Source: a virus
Taxonomy: Duplodnaviria; Caudoviricetes
DNA: 30,101 nucleotides
Reading direction: 5' to 3' (one strand)
IMG/VR virus record: IMGVR_UViG_3300013126_002685
Span: 1 to 30,101 of that record
The notes under the pieces were generated by a model. The model was not told where the DNA came from. It ran no database searches and saw only the letters and a list, made by a program, of their open reading frames with translations. Position 1 is the first letter of the stretch. Each line of letters begins with the position of its first letter. The translations under genes were made by a program, and so were the position numbers. Shown here one piece after another: positions 1-8,550 of this stretch.

Positions 1-177
1 AAAACATAATCCAAAACCAAAGGCAGGGAAAAAGGTTCCTGAATGGATGTCTTATTCAGAAATTTTTGGATCAGAACCATTCACCAAACCAGCACCCGTG
101 AAACCGGATGTTGCTCCGTCAAAACCAAAGCCTGGAAACCCATTTAAACCAAAACATAATCCAAAACCAAAAGCAGG
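1..177 (+). repeat. 27-bp near-perfect direct repeat AAAACATAATCCAAAACCAAA(G/A)GCAGG at 1-27 and 151-177 (encodes KHNPKPKAG)
   Basis: Directly visible; 1 mismatch; 150-bp spacing keeps the frame. Confidence 0.9.
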
Positions 178-193
178 AGGTGATGAAAAATAA
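2..193 (+). CDS. 3' end of a Pro/Lys-rich protein (truncated by window edge), ...KHNPKPKAGKKVPEWMSYSEIFGSEPFTKPAPVKPDVAPSKPKPGNPFKPKHNPKPKAGGDEK*
   Basis: Hand translation from position 2 is open to TAA at 191-193; carries two copies of KHNPKPKAG; not in the ORF track. Confidence 0.8.
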   Translation, partial: KHNPKPKAGKKVPEWMSYSEIFGSEPFTKPAPVKPDVAPSKPKPGNPFKPKHNPKPKAGGDEK

Positions 194-1469
194 TTTAAAA
201 TCAAGACTCAGAAGGGCTTTATTAGAAGCTCCAATCAGATATGACGGACCCGAAAAAATGGATCCTTCTTTAGAAGCTGCATTTAATATGGGTCAAACCC
301 CTTATAGTAAAAACCCTGCGCTTCCTGATATGAATGCCGATGGTGTTCCTGATTCTTTTGAGCAGATTATGGCTAGGAAAAGATTCAAGGATGTGGTTGA
401 AAATTTAAAACGACTTACGGGAATTACTAATATCTCAAACATGAGTGCAATGATGCAACTTCAAACTTTGGCGATGGGTGCTTCACAAAAAATCATTCAA
501 ATACAGAATCAGCATAAAGAGTATTTAGAAAATTTGGCAATTGATCTTGTCAAGAAAGAAACAGGGATTGTCGATGAATTTAACTTTGAAGCCGACCTTG
601 TATCTCCAGGTGATATTACAAGTCGAGGTATGAGTGATAAACCTCAGGACTACGAGGAAGAAGAAATACAACAACAATTTGGAGGTGAAGAAGAGGATTT
701 TGAAGAAGATTTTATGTCTTTTATGGGTGCCATGGAAAACTTCAATAATGAAACTGCCAAGAGAAGAATATTGAACGCATTAATTCAGGGTGGTGCTAAA
801 AAAGGTCACTATATGTACCAACTCGTTGTTCCCGAACTCGATCGATTAGATCCTGATTTAGTGAAATTATACGGTATTATTATGTCTTTCGCTGATTATA
901 TTTATTGGATTATGCCAAACCAACAAATGTTGAACATGGCTGGAAGTGGGCAGGGTATAATGGGTAAAGAAGAAGTTGATAAGGATACAAATCCTCCAAC
1001 AATAAAGGCACAAGCTGTTTGGTTTCCTTTATTAATTCATGAATTATTGAAAGGTATTAATGATGCAGTTATGACTCAAGGTTTACCTGACGACGAAAGA
1101 GCTGCTGAAATGGTTATGGGTGTTGCTGACACATTACCAGATGAAGTTTGGGATATGAGAGTCGGACCAATCATTTATGAAAAATTGGTAAATTCTTATC
1201 CTGATCAATTATTCGATGAAGATAAGAAAATCATACAATTGTATTTAAAATCAAGATTGGCCGAACTTACGGCTGAGGAGTTCTTCGAAACTATGAGAGA
1301 GATTTTGAAAGAAACACCTAAAGGAAAAAAATTGGTGGAAAAAATGGTTCAAGAAATTATCCAAGAATTAAAACAACAAGAATACGAGGACGCGATGGGG
1401 TCAGAGGATGATGATGAAGATGATGATTTGAATAATTTATTATCTAATCTTGGAATTAGTTTAAATTAA
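183..1469 (+). CDS. Hypothetical head-module protein upstream of TerL (428 aa; acidic; IHELLKG degenerate zincin-like motif)
   Basis: Track start 108 lies well inside the preceding CDS; ATG 183 (MKNNLKSRLRRALLE...) overlaps only the end of that CDS and gives a basic leader ending in LLE, typical of protease-processed head proteins. Confidence 0.75.
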   Translation: MKNNLKSRLRRALLEAPIRYDGPEKMDPSLEAAFNMGQTPYSKNPALPDMNADGVPDSFEQIMARKRFKDVVENLKRLTGITNISNMSAMMQLQTLAMGASQKIIQIQNQHKEYLENLAIDLVKKETGIVDEFNFEADLVSPGDITSRGMSDKPQDYEEEEIQQQFGGEEEDFEEDFMSFMGAMENFNNETAKRRILNALIQGGAKKGHYMYQLVVPELDRLDPDLVKLYGIIMSFADYIYWIMPNQQMLNMAGSGQGIMGKEEVDKDTNPPTIKAQAVWFPLLIHELLKGINDAVMTQGLPDDERAAEMVMGVADTLPDEVWDMRVGPIIYEKLVNSYPDQLFDEDKKIIQLYLKSRLAELTAEEFFETMREILKETPKGKKLVEKMVQEIIQELKQQEYEDAMGSEDDDEDDDLNNLLSNLGISLN

Positions 1470-1472
1470 TGA

Positions 1473-3239
1473 ATGGGTTTAACAAGAGAACAAGTATTAT
1501 TAGAATACGCAAAATGTGTTAAAAATCCAGAATACGCTTTAAAAACGTATCTAAAAACTTATGACCAAACAGTTCAGGGGTTCGTACCCCTGAAGTTGTT
1601 TCCTGACCAAGTGAAATTGATTCAGGATTTCGAAGATCATGAAGAAAATATAGCTTTGAAATATAGACAAGCGGGAGTATCAACAGTCACGGCAGCTTGG
1701 ATTTCAAAAAAATTAATAACAGCACCGAAAGGGAAACCCGAAAAAATTCTGATTATTGCCAATAAGTTGGACACCGCTGTAGGTATGGCGGATAAAATTA
1801 GATCTTTTCAAGAACAATGGCCAGATTGGTTTGGAGTGTCTTTTTCAAGTGAAAAAAATTCTCAAAGACATTTCAGACTAACGAATGGTTGTGAAGTAAA
1901 GGCGGTTGCAACTTCCAAAGACGCATTGAGGGGTTACACCCCCACCATTCTTGTTTTTGACGAAGCCGCATATATCGAAGCTGACGATGATTTTTGGGCG
2001 GCATGTATGGCCTCCCTCTCAACAGGGGGTAAAGTTATTGTGATCTCAACACCAAACGGATTTGACCAAATTTATTATTCGATTTATGATCAAGCTTTAA
2101 GAGGTATGAATGATTTCAAAATCTCAGAAATGTATTGGTATAGAGATCCAAGATATACAAAAGAAATGTATCTTGTGAAAACAAAAGACATTGTTCATTA
2201 TCTGTTAAACAAAGATGATTATAGTGAAGAAGAACATGTCATAAGATTAGACAAATCGGGTTGGGATTTAGATTTAGATTTTGTAGTTTCAAAAATTAGT
2301 GATGGTTATAAACCATGTTCTTCGTGGTTTGAAACTATGGTTAAAAAGTTGAAATACGATCGAAGAAAAGTATCCCAAGAATTGGAGTGTAATTTCCTTG
2401 GTTCTGGAGATAATGTTATTGATTCCGGAACTATGGAAAAGATAAAGAAAAATGACATAGCCGAACCCAAAGAGAGGATGATGGGAGGGGCGTTGTGGAT
2501 TTGGAAAGAACCCGTGATGGATCACAAATACATAATGGGTATTGATGTTTCTCGTGGGGATTCCGAGGATTTCACAACATTCAACATAATTGATTTTGAT
2601 ACAAGAGAACAGGTAGTTGAGTTTTTGGATAAAGTCCCACCCGATATTGCCGCAGAAATTGCACTTAAATGGGCACAAAGATATAACGCATTTGTGGTTA
2701 TTGATATTACAGGTGGGATGGGTGTTTCAACATCAAGAAAGATGCAAGAGTTGGGTTATAAAAACATGTATATCGATGGACAAGTTCAATCCGATGTGTG
2801 GAAGTATGATCCTAAAACTTTAGAAAAAATACCTGGTATAAATTTTAATAATAAAAGAGTTCAAATTATCGCAACTTTTGAAGAATGGATCAGACATGGG
2901 TTTAAAATCAAATCTACAAGACTTTATAACGAACTTTTGACATTTGTTTATATCAACGGACGACCAGACCACATCAAGGGACAACACGATGATTTGATCA
3001 TGTCTTGTGCAATGGCAATGTATATTGGAGAAAGTAGTTTCTCAAAACTTACAAAAGTAACCGAACAAGCAAAAGCGATGATTGATTCTTGGACACTCAA
3101 TGAGAGTGTAAAATATAAAACAGATCTTATGAATCCGAGTGTTCCATCTTACTATGGAAGTTCAAGTAATGACAGTAAATCTATTTCTCAAAAAGATGTA
3201 GAAAAATATTCTTGGTTATTCGGTGGGATGAGAAGATAA
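1473..3239 (+). CDS. terL: Terminase large subunit (T4 gp17-like)
   Basis: Q motif (LFPDQ), variant Walker A (LKYRQAGVST), Walker B (ILVFDEAAY), motif III (ISTPNG), RNase H-like nuclease (MGIDVSRG...HDDLIMS); directly upstream of portal. Confidence 0.96.
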   Translation: MGLTREQVLLEYAKCVKNPEYALKTYLKTYDQTVQGFVPLKLFPDQVKLIQDFEDHEENIALKYRQAGVSTVTAAWISKKLITAPKGKPEKILIIANKLDTAVGMADKIRSFQEQWPDWFGVSFSSEKNSQRHFRLTNGCEVKAVATSKDALRGYTPTILVFDEAAYIEADDDFWAACMASLSTGGKVIVISTPNGFDQIYYSIYDQALRGMNDFKISEMYWYRDPRYTKEMYLVKTKDIVHYLLNKDDYSEEEHVIRLDKSGWDLDLDFVVSKISDGYKPCSSWFETMVKKLKYDRRKVSQELECNFLGSGDNVIDSGTMEKIKKNDIAEPKERMMGGALWIWKEPVMDHKYIMGIDVSRGDSEDFTTFNIIDFDTREQVVEFLDKVPPDIAAEIALKWAQRYNAFVVIDITGGMGVSTSRKMQELGYKNMYIDGQVQSDVWKYDPKTLEKIPGINFNNKRVQIIATFEEWIRHGFKIKSTRLYNELLTFVYINGRPDHIKGQHDDLIMSCAMAMYIGESSFSKLTKVTEQAKAMIDSWTLNESVKYKTDLMNPSVPSYYGSSSNDSKSISQKDVEKYSWLFGGMRR

Positions 3240-3244
3240 TATTG

Positions 3245-3252
3245 TATTTATA
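3245..3252 (+). promoter_or_regulatory. Candidate late promoter TATTTATA (portal)
   Basis: Same motif precedes many structural genes. Confidence 0.6.
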
Positions 3253-3276
3253 GAAAAATCTATTATTTTATATAGC

Positions 3277-5136
3277 ATGGCACAATCCAATCAACAATAT
3301 ACAATTTGGCAAAGACTATCAAGGGTCTTTGGTCCTGATTCAACACTAAATCAACAAGTACCCCAATATCGGTTCGATAAAAAAGAAATATTACGAACAA
3401 AATCAAAAGGGGAATATGAGAAAGAAAAACTACAAGCTCAACAGAGTTTGTATTTGGCAAACCAATGGTCAAAAGTAGAAAATAATCTTTATACCCAAGC
3501 GGTTTATTACGAACCAACCCGTTTGGCATCATATTATGATTATGAATCAATGGAGTTTACTCCCGAGATTTCAGCGGCCTTGGACATTTACGCGGAAGAA
3601 TCCACAACTCCAAACGAAAATGGATATATTCTTCAGATTTACTCAGAATCAAATAGAATCAAAAGTATCTTAGCTGATTTGTTCAATAACAAGTTGGATA
3701 TCAATACAAATTTACCTATGTGGACGAGAAATACTTGTAAATATGGTGATAATTTTGTGTATTTGAAAATTGATCCCGAACAGGGTGTCGTCGGTGTTCA
3801 ACAATTACCAAACATTGAAATTGAAAGATTTGAAAGAGGTATGGTTGTCAATACCGCAGCTCAAAATACAGGTGTGGAAAACAAACATCTTACCTTTACT
3901 TGGAAAAACAAAAATATAGAATTTAACACTTGGGAGGTTGCTCATTTCAGATTACTCGGTGACGACTCAAAATTACCATATGGCACTTCAATGTTGGAGA
4001 AAGCCAGAAGAGTTTGGAAACAATTATTACTATCGGAAGATGCTATGTTGATTTATAGAACATCAAGAGCACCTGAAAGAAGAGTTTTCAAGGTTTTTGT
4101 TGGAAATATGGACGATAAAGATGTTGAATCATATGTCCAAAGAGTTGCTAACAAATTTAAAAGAGATCAGATTGTAGATCCCAAGAATGGAAACGTGGAT
4201 TTGAGATATAATCAAATGGCGGTCGATCAAGATTATTTTATTCCTGTAAGAGATCCAAATGCCCCCAACCCAATTGACACATTACCGGGGGCTCAAAATC
4301 TCAGTGAAATTGCCGATATAGAATATATTCAGAAAAAACTATTAACAGCATTGAGGATCCCAAAAGCCTTTCTAGGATTTGAAGAAGTGGTTGGGGATGG
4401 AAAAAACTTGGCTCTATTGGATATAAGATTCGCAAGAACCATCAATAGAATTCAACAAGCAATGGTTCAAGAACTCAATAAAATCGCAATTGTTCATTTA
4501 TATATTTTGGGATTTGAAGATGAATTAAGTAATTTCACATTAGGATTAACCAATCCATCCACCCAACAAGATATGTTGAAATTGGAACAACTCCAATCCA
4601 AAATTCAACTTTATAGAGACGCTGTTACGGATCCAGGTAATGGTATTCAAGCGGTTTCCGCTTCATGGGCTAAGAAGCATATTCTTGGATTTAGTGATGA
4701 AGAAATCAAATTAGATATTCAACAACAGAGAATTGAAAAGGCGGTTGCTAAGGAGCTTGAAGAAACACCTAATGTCATCACGAAAACAGGATTATTTGAT
4801 AATATTGACAAACTTTATGGTAACGGAAAACCAAAAGAAGGTGGTGAAGCTGGTGCGGGTGAGGAAACCACACCAGGTGGAGGTGAAACAACTTCACCAC
4901 CAAGTTTAGGAGGATTAGATTTGGGAACACCATCACCTGATGCGGGTGGAACAGAAACACCAGAAACACCCGCACCTGAAGCGGGAGGAGAAGTAACCCC
5001 TGAATCAAGAGATCGAGACGAAAATTTAATTTTGGAAGAGGATATGATACAGGGTAGAGTTGAATTGAATTTTAACAAAGCAAAAAAATCAATCTATGAA
5101 ATTGATCAGAAATTGAACGAGTTATTAAAATCATAA
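3277..5136 (+). CDS. Portal vertex protein (T4 gp20-like) with Pro/Gly/Glu-rich C-terminal extension
   Basis: gp20 signatures PEISAALDIYAEE, PYGTSMLEKARR, EDAMLIYRTSRAPERRVF, IDTLPGAQNL, ALRIPKAFL. Confidence 0.96.
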   Translation: MAQSNQQYTIWQRLSRVFGPDSTLNQQVPQYRFDKKEILRTKSKGEYEKEKLQAQQSLYLANQWSKVENNLYTQAVYYEPTRLASYYDYESMEFTPEISAALDIYAEESTTPNENGYILQIYSESNRIKSILADLFNNKLDINTNLPMWTRNTCKYGDNFVYLKIDPEQGVVGVQQLPNIEIERFERGMVVNTAAQNTGVENKHLTFTWKNKNIEFNTWEVAHFRLLGDDSKLPYGTSMLEKARRVWKQLLLSEDAMLIYRTSRAPERRVFKVFVGNMDDKDVESYVQRVANKFKRDQIVDPKNGNVDLRYNQMAVDQDYFIPVRDPNAPNPIDTLPGAQNLSEIADIEYIQKKLLTALRIPKAFLGFEEVVGDGKNLALLDIRFARTINRIQQAMVQELNKIAIVHLYILGFEDELSNFTLGLTNPSTQQDMLKLEQLQSKIQLYRDAVTDPGNGIQAVSASWAKKHILGFSDEEIKLDIQQQRIEKAVAKELEETPNVITKTGLFDNIDKLYGNGKPKEGGEAGAGEETTPGGGETTSPPSLGGLDLGTPSPDAGGTETPETPAPEAGGEVTPESRDRDENLILEEDMIQGRVELNFNKAKKSIYEIDQKLNELLKS

Positions 5137-5148
5137 TATTTATTTAGT

Positions 5149-5820
5149 ATGAAAACATTAGGAAGTTATATTACAAAATTTGAGAATAATCTCGTGGAAG
5201 GTTACAAAACAAATACCTTTAAAAAGTCATTGACTAAATTCAAGAATGAAGTTCTTAAAAATAACGACCTAAAAGAGGCGACAAATATTTATTATGAACT
5301 CTCATCAAAAAAAGGGTATGATAAAGAATTTGCCGAAATGTTTTTGGTTGAATCAATTAATAGATTGAAAGAAATTTATAAGAGTGAGAGAATTCAAGAT
5401 TATTTGACCGAAGGTGAAAATAACTACACCCAAATAGATGAACTAATATTTTCAAAAAATCTTGAAAAGAAAGTAAAAAATAGAATTTCTATTATTGAAA
5501 ACCTACAACAAAAACAAGAAATTACTGAAACAATTTACTTACCACTATCAATTCAAGTAGATATTGCAAATTCCAAAATAAAACCTTTGTTGGAAAATTT
5601 GTCTGAAGAAGAACTTTCTTTATTAAAAGAAATGAAAGAAATATCAGATAAAGATTTGGTGAATTTGGTTATAGAAACTAAAGAAGAAATTATGAATGTT
5701 TTTGAGAAAAACTCAATCCAAGAAAACAAACTGGATGAACTCAAAAATAAATTAGGATCATATGACAATTCCCACCGTTCGTTATTCGAACTCAGAAGAT
5801 TTTTGAATGAGTTGGTTTAA
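5149..5820 (+). CDS. Hypothetical helical protein downstream of portal
   Basis: 223-aa ORF tightly packed after the portal and preceded by TATTTAT; no recognisable motif. Confidence 0.7.
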   Translation: MKTLGSYITKFENNLVEGYKTNTFKKSLTKFKNEVLKNNDLKEATNIYYELSSKKGYDKEFAEMFLVESINRLKEIYKSERIQDYLTEGENNYTQIDELIFSKNLEKKVKNRISIIENLQQKQEITETIYLPLSIQVDIANSKIKPLLENLSEEELSLLKEMKEISDKDLVNLVIETKEEIMNVFEKNSIQENKLDELKNKLGSYDNSHRSLFELRRFLNELV

Positions 5821-6002
5821 TTGTTATTAAACTTCTGATTCACATAGATTGCTTTGTTCATTTTCTCTCTGTTGATTTCGGAATCTTTTTTATATTCCTT
5901 GTTTTCCCAAAGATTTTTATGAATTTGAGTCTTATAAATTTTATATTTATAAGTCTTCAAAGCCGCCTCTATGTTTTTTTTGTTTACAGGAACTATGATC
6001 AT
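5817..6002 (-). CDS. rpsU: Phage-encoded 30S ribosomal protein bS21 homolog
   Basis: 61 aa, basic; IIVPV...NIEAALKTYKYK..KT....L...KEYKK(D)S...R....KAIY aligns with Bacteroidia bS21 (IIPIK..ENIDRALKRYKRK..KT....L....FxKPS...R....KAxY); antisense location between portal and prohead protease matches described bS21-encoding phages. Confidence 0.85.
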   Translation of the reverse strand: MIIVPVNKKNIEAALKTYKYKIYKTQIHKNLWENKEYKKDSEINREKMNKAIYVNQKFNNN

Positions 6003-6022
6003 AGATTGTTAATTTCGTAATG

Positions 6023-6029
6023 ATAAATA
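6023..6029 (-). promoter_or_regulatory. Candidate late promoter TATTTAT (bS21)
   Basis: GTATTTATC on - strand, 20 nt before bS21 ATG. Confidence 0.55.
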
Positions 6030-6048
6030 CTATCCTATTTTTCTAAAT

Positions 6049-6082
6049 TTTGACAATACCCCCTTTTTTTCATATAATTTTG
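6049..6082 (+). promoter_or_regulatory. Host-RNAP promoter: TTGACA(6050-6055)-17 bp-TATAAT(6073-6078), overlapping Bacteroidota TTTG(6049-6052)...TAATTTTG(6075-6082)
   Basis: Exact matches to both consensus types, ending 33 bp upstream of ATG 6116. Confidence 0.75.
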
Positions 6083-6115
6083 TAAAAATAAACAATTATT
6101 ATATGAAGGGATTTT

Positions 6116-6568
6116 ATGAAGAAGGGTAAATCAATTAAAATAAGTGGATTTAAAGATTATAAAATAAACTATGGAACGGTAGATTTTAAATCAATGAAAT
6201 CTGTTTATTTGGTGATACAATCTTGGGTTGAACCAATTATGGATCTTGAGTCTTGGTCGTCAGTTGTCAATACATTAAGAAGAGATATTAAACACAAATT
6301 GTTGGATGCGATTGATTCAACAATATTTAACGGAAGAACAATTGTGGATTTAGATTTGAGAACATCAGGAATTCAAGAAGGTAAAAGGAGTTTTATGAAT
6401 TTGGAAATTACCTTGTTCTTGGATGAGTACATAGACTTCAAATCGGAAGATTTAAAGAAATCTCTACAGAATATCTGTAAACACATAATTAGAAATAGTT
6501 TTAGATCAAGTAGGTATTTTTCATTTCACTTATCGAAATCTTCACCACAACTCAAATTAATCTGCTGA
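6116..6568 (+). CDS. Hypothetical protein divergent from bS21 (alpha/beta, 150 aa)
   Basis: ORF with strong upstream promoter; motifs YGTVD..K.SVY, IVDLDLRTSGI...KRSFMNLEITLF; function unknown. Confidence 0.75.
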   Translation: MKKGKSIKISGFKDYKINYGTVDFKSMKSVYLVIQSWVEPIMDLESWSSVVNTLRRDIKHKLLDAIDSTIFNGRTIVDLDLRTSGIQEGKRSFMNLEITLFLDEYIDFKSEDLKKSLQNICKHIIRNSFRSSRYFSFHLSKSSPQLKLIC

Positions 6569-6583
6569 ATCATATTTATTTAT

Positions 6584-7456
6584 ATGATTGAAAAATTTCT
6601 TAAGATTTCAAACGAAGTAGGTGTTCTTAAACTTATAAATACATATTTTTTGGGAGATGCTGACCTTTTCATAAAAACTCTCACAAAAAAAGGGGAAAAA
6701 GTTCCTATAGGTTTATTGAAAGAACTTTCTTGGCTTGGTTTCACAGATAGTTGTATTAGATACTTGGAATCGGTTGACAGAGATGAACTTGAGAAGTTTA
6801 TCTTAGAAATGATGAATGGAGATTCGCAAATATTGTATATATCTAAAGTGGATGATCGGTATATTTGGGAGGCGAATGTTTGGGATTTAATTTCATTAAT
6901 TGAGTTGGAAAGTGTTTATTTCGTAAGATATTTTTTGGAGCGTGATGAAATAGATTTTAATTATAGTGAACGAAAATTCATCTCAAAAGAAAATGAAAAG
7001 AAAATTAACACACTTGAACTCAAATCCAAAAAGAGTGAGCATTTTTCTCAATATTTGAAAATTAAGGAAATTCTTGAAAAGAGTATGAATAAAGTATTTT
7101 ACGAAGAAGTAAAAGATATGATATACGAAAAATTTGCTAAATTTTTTGGAACGGATCAAAATTCAATAGTAAGGAAATTTATTCCTCCCGATACGGTTGT
7201 TTTCGAAATAGATATTACAAACACTATAAAAGAGCTGGTGGAAAAAACATTGGAAATTTCACACTCGAATCAAAAAAAACGTTATTCAAAAGATTATGTG
7301 TGGGAGGGGGGTTCATTTGCACATAATTTAGTAAAATATAAAGGTGAAATCATATTTCCCCACGAATTTTATTATGAAGAGGGTCTGAAAGAAGGTGAAA
7401 AACTATTCAACAAAGAATTAGGTGAGTTTTTGGATACAGAATTACAAAAACTATAA
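6584..7456 (+). CDS. Hypothetical protein (290 aa)
   Basis: Long ORF, co-directional, preceded by tandem TATTTAT; no motif recognised. Confidence 0.7.
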   Translation: MIEKFLKISNEVGVLKLINTYFLGDADLFIKTLTKKGEKVPIGLLKELSWLGFTDSCIRYLESVDRDELEKFILEMMNGDSQILYISKVDDRYIWEANVWDLISLIELESVYFVRYFLERDEIDFNYSERKFISKENEKKINTLELKSKKSEHFSQYLKIKEILEKSMNKVFYEEVKDMIYEKFAKFFGTDQNSIVRKFIPPDTVVFEIDITNTIKELVEKTLEISHSNQKKRYSKDYVWEGGSFAHNLVKYKGEIIFPHEFYYEEGLKEGEKLFNKELGEFLDTELQKL

Positions 7457-7465
7457 AATCAATAA

Positions 7466-7473
7466 TATTTATA
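7466..7473 (+). promoter_or_regulatory. Candidate late promoter TATTTATA (prohead protease)
   Basis: Recurrent motif, 11 nt before ATG. Confidence 0.6.
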
Positions 7474-7484
7474 TATAAAAAAAT

Positions 7485-8213
7485 ATGAAAGAAAATTTGA
7501 GAGTTCTTGAAGCTCACGAGTCGGGTAAAGGTATATTGGTTGAACACGACGCTGGATATATATCACCAACACATCCTGAAAATCAAAAAATAATAAATGA
7601 ATCAAAAAGTCTAAGAGATCATTCAAAACCATTTATTTTTTACGCCGTTCTTCAAAAATCTGATACTCCAAACAGAAACGGAAGATTATATCCTGAAAAA
7701 ATATTGAGAAGGGAAGCTGACAATTATAAAAGAATGATTCAAAAGGGAACATCCCTTTCCGAACTCAATCACCCTGAATCTTCAATTGTAGATTTGGAAA
7801 GAGTGTCACATATTATCGATGATGTGTGGTGGGATGGAAAAACTTTGATGGGTAAATTGAGACTCCTCACCTCACCAGGTTTTCATGAAAGAGGGATTGT
7901 CTCAACACCAGGTGATATTGCGGCAAACCTTATGAGACAGGGTTGTACGATGGGTATTTCATCAAGAGGAGTTGGCACTCTTAAGAAGAAGGGGGAACAA
8001 AATGAAGTTCAAGATGATTTTGAACTTATTTGTTTTGACCTCGTTTCTTCACCTTCAACACCTGGAGCATATCTTTTTGACAAACCTGAAGATAAAAATA
8101 ACTACGAAGAAAATATAGAAGAAGAAAAAAATCTTAGAAAACCTGAATCGGAAAAAGGGATGGGTAAATCACTTGATTTAATGAACAAACTTTCCGACTT
8201 TTTGGGGAGATAA
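7485..8213 (+). CDS. Prohead core protease (T4 gp21-like)
   Basis: NRNGRLYP, ELNHP (catalytic His), GISSRGVG (catalytic Ser), FDLVSSPSTPGA. Confidence 0.95.
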   Translation: MKENLRVLEAHESGKGILVEHDAGYISPTHPENQKIINESKSLRDHSKPFIFYAVLQKSDTPNRNGRLYPEKILRREADNYKRMIQKGTSLSELNHPESSIVDLERVSHIIDDVWWDGKTLMGKLRLLTSPGFHERGIVSTPGDIAANLMRQGCTMGISSRGVGTLKKKGEQNEVQDDFELICFDLVSSPSTPGAYLFDKPEDKNNYEENIEEEKNLRKPESEKGMGKSLDLMNKLSDFLGR

Positions 8214-8224
8214 AACTTTATATT

Positions 8225-8437
8225 ATGGATGAGAAATATTTTATTGTAAAAATCCAATTTGAGACCGTGGATATCCAAACAGGAAAAACCAAAAAAACAC
8301 GGGAAGAAAAATTGGTGAGGGGTTACAATGTAACAGATGTGGAAGCAAAGGTTACAAAACTGTTTGAGAAATCAACAGAAGATTGGAGAATCACAAGTGC
8401 CACGGAAAGCAAAATCAACGAGGTAATCGAGAAATAA
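8225..8437 (+). CDS. Small DUF4494-like protein
   Basis: YFIVKIQF...GKTKKTREEKLVRG..VTDVEAKV...WRITSATESKI resembles the Bacteroidota/phage DUF4494 pattern (recalled, not searched). Confidence 0.65.
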   Translation: MDEKYFIVKIQFETVDIQTGKTKKTREEKLVRGYNVTDVEAKVTKLFEKSTEDWRITSATESKINEVIEK

Positions 8438-8461
8438 AAGGAGGTGAAAACCTCCTTTTTT
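8436..8461 (+). terminator. Intrinsic terminator AAAAGGAGGT-GAAA-ACCTCCTTTT
   Basis: Perfect 10-bp stem, GNRA loop and T tract immediately after stop 8437. Confidence 0.9.
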
Positions 8462-8513
8462 ATTTATATCTTTTCAATATAACACAAAAACAGAATTTTT
8501 CTATATATCGGTA

Positions 8514-8520
8514 TATTTAT
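8514..8520 (+). promoter_or_regulatory. Candidate late promoter TATTTAT (scaffold-MCP operon)
   Basis: Lies between terminator 8436-8461 and ATG 8551, where a promoter is required; second copy at 8461-8468. Confidence 0.65.
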
Positions 8521-8550
8521 TTAGAAAAAATAAATCTACTAAAATAGAAA

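Noticed and set aside
108-182. Track start at 108 for the first ORF
   Set aside because: Lies inside the upstream Pro/Lys-rich CDS in another frame; ATG 183 is more plausible.
4830-5005. GC-richer repetitive stretch at the portal 3' end
   Set aside because: Low-complexity Pro/Gly/Glu/Thr tail in frame with the portal; common in this type of portal.
8439-8447. AGGAGGTGA as a Shine-Dalgarno site
   Set aside because: Forms the 5' arm of a terminator hairpin; the next start codon is about 100 bp away.
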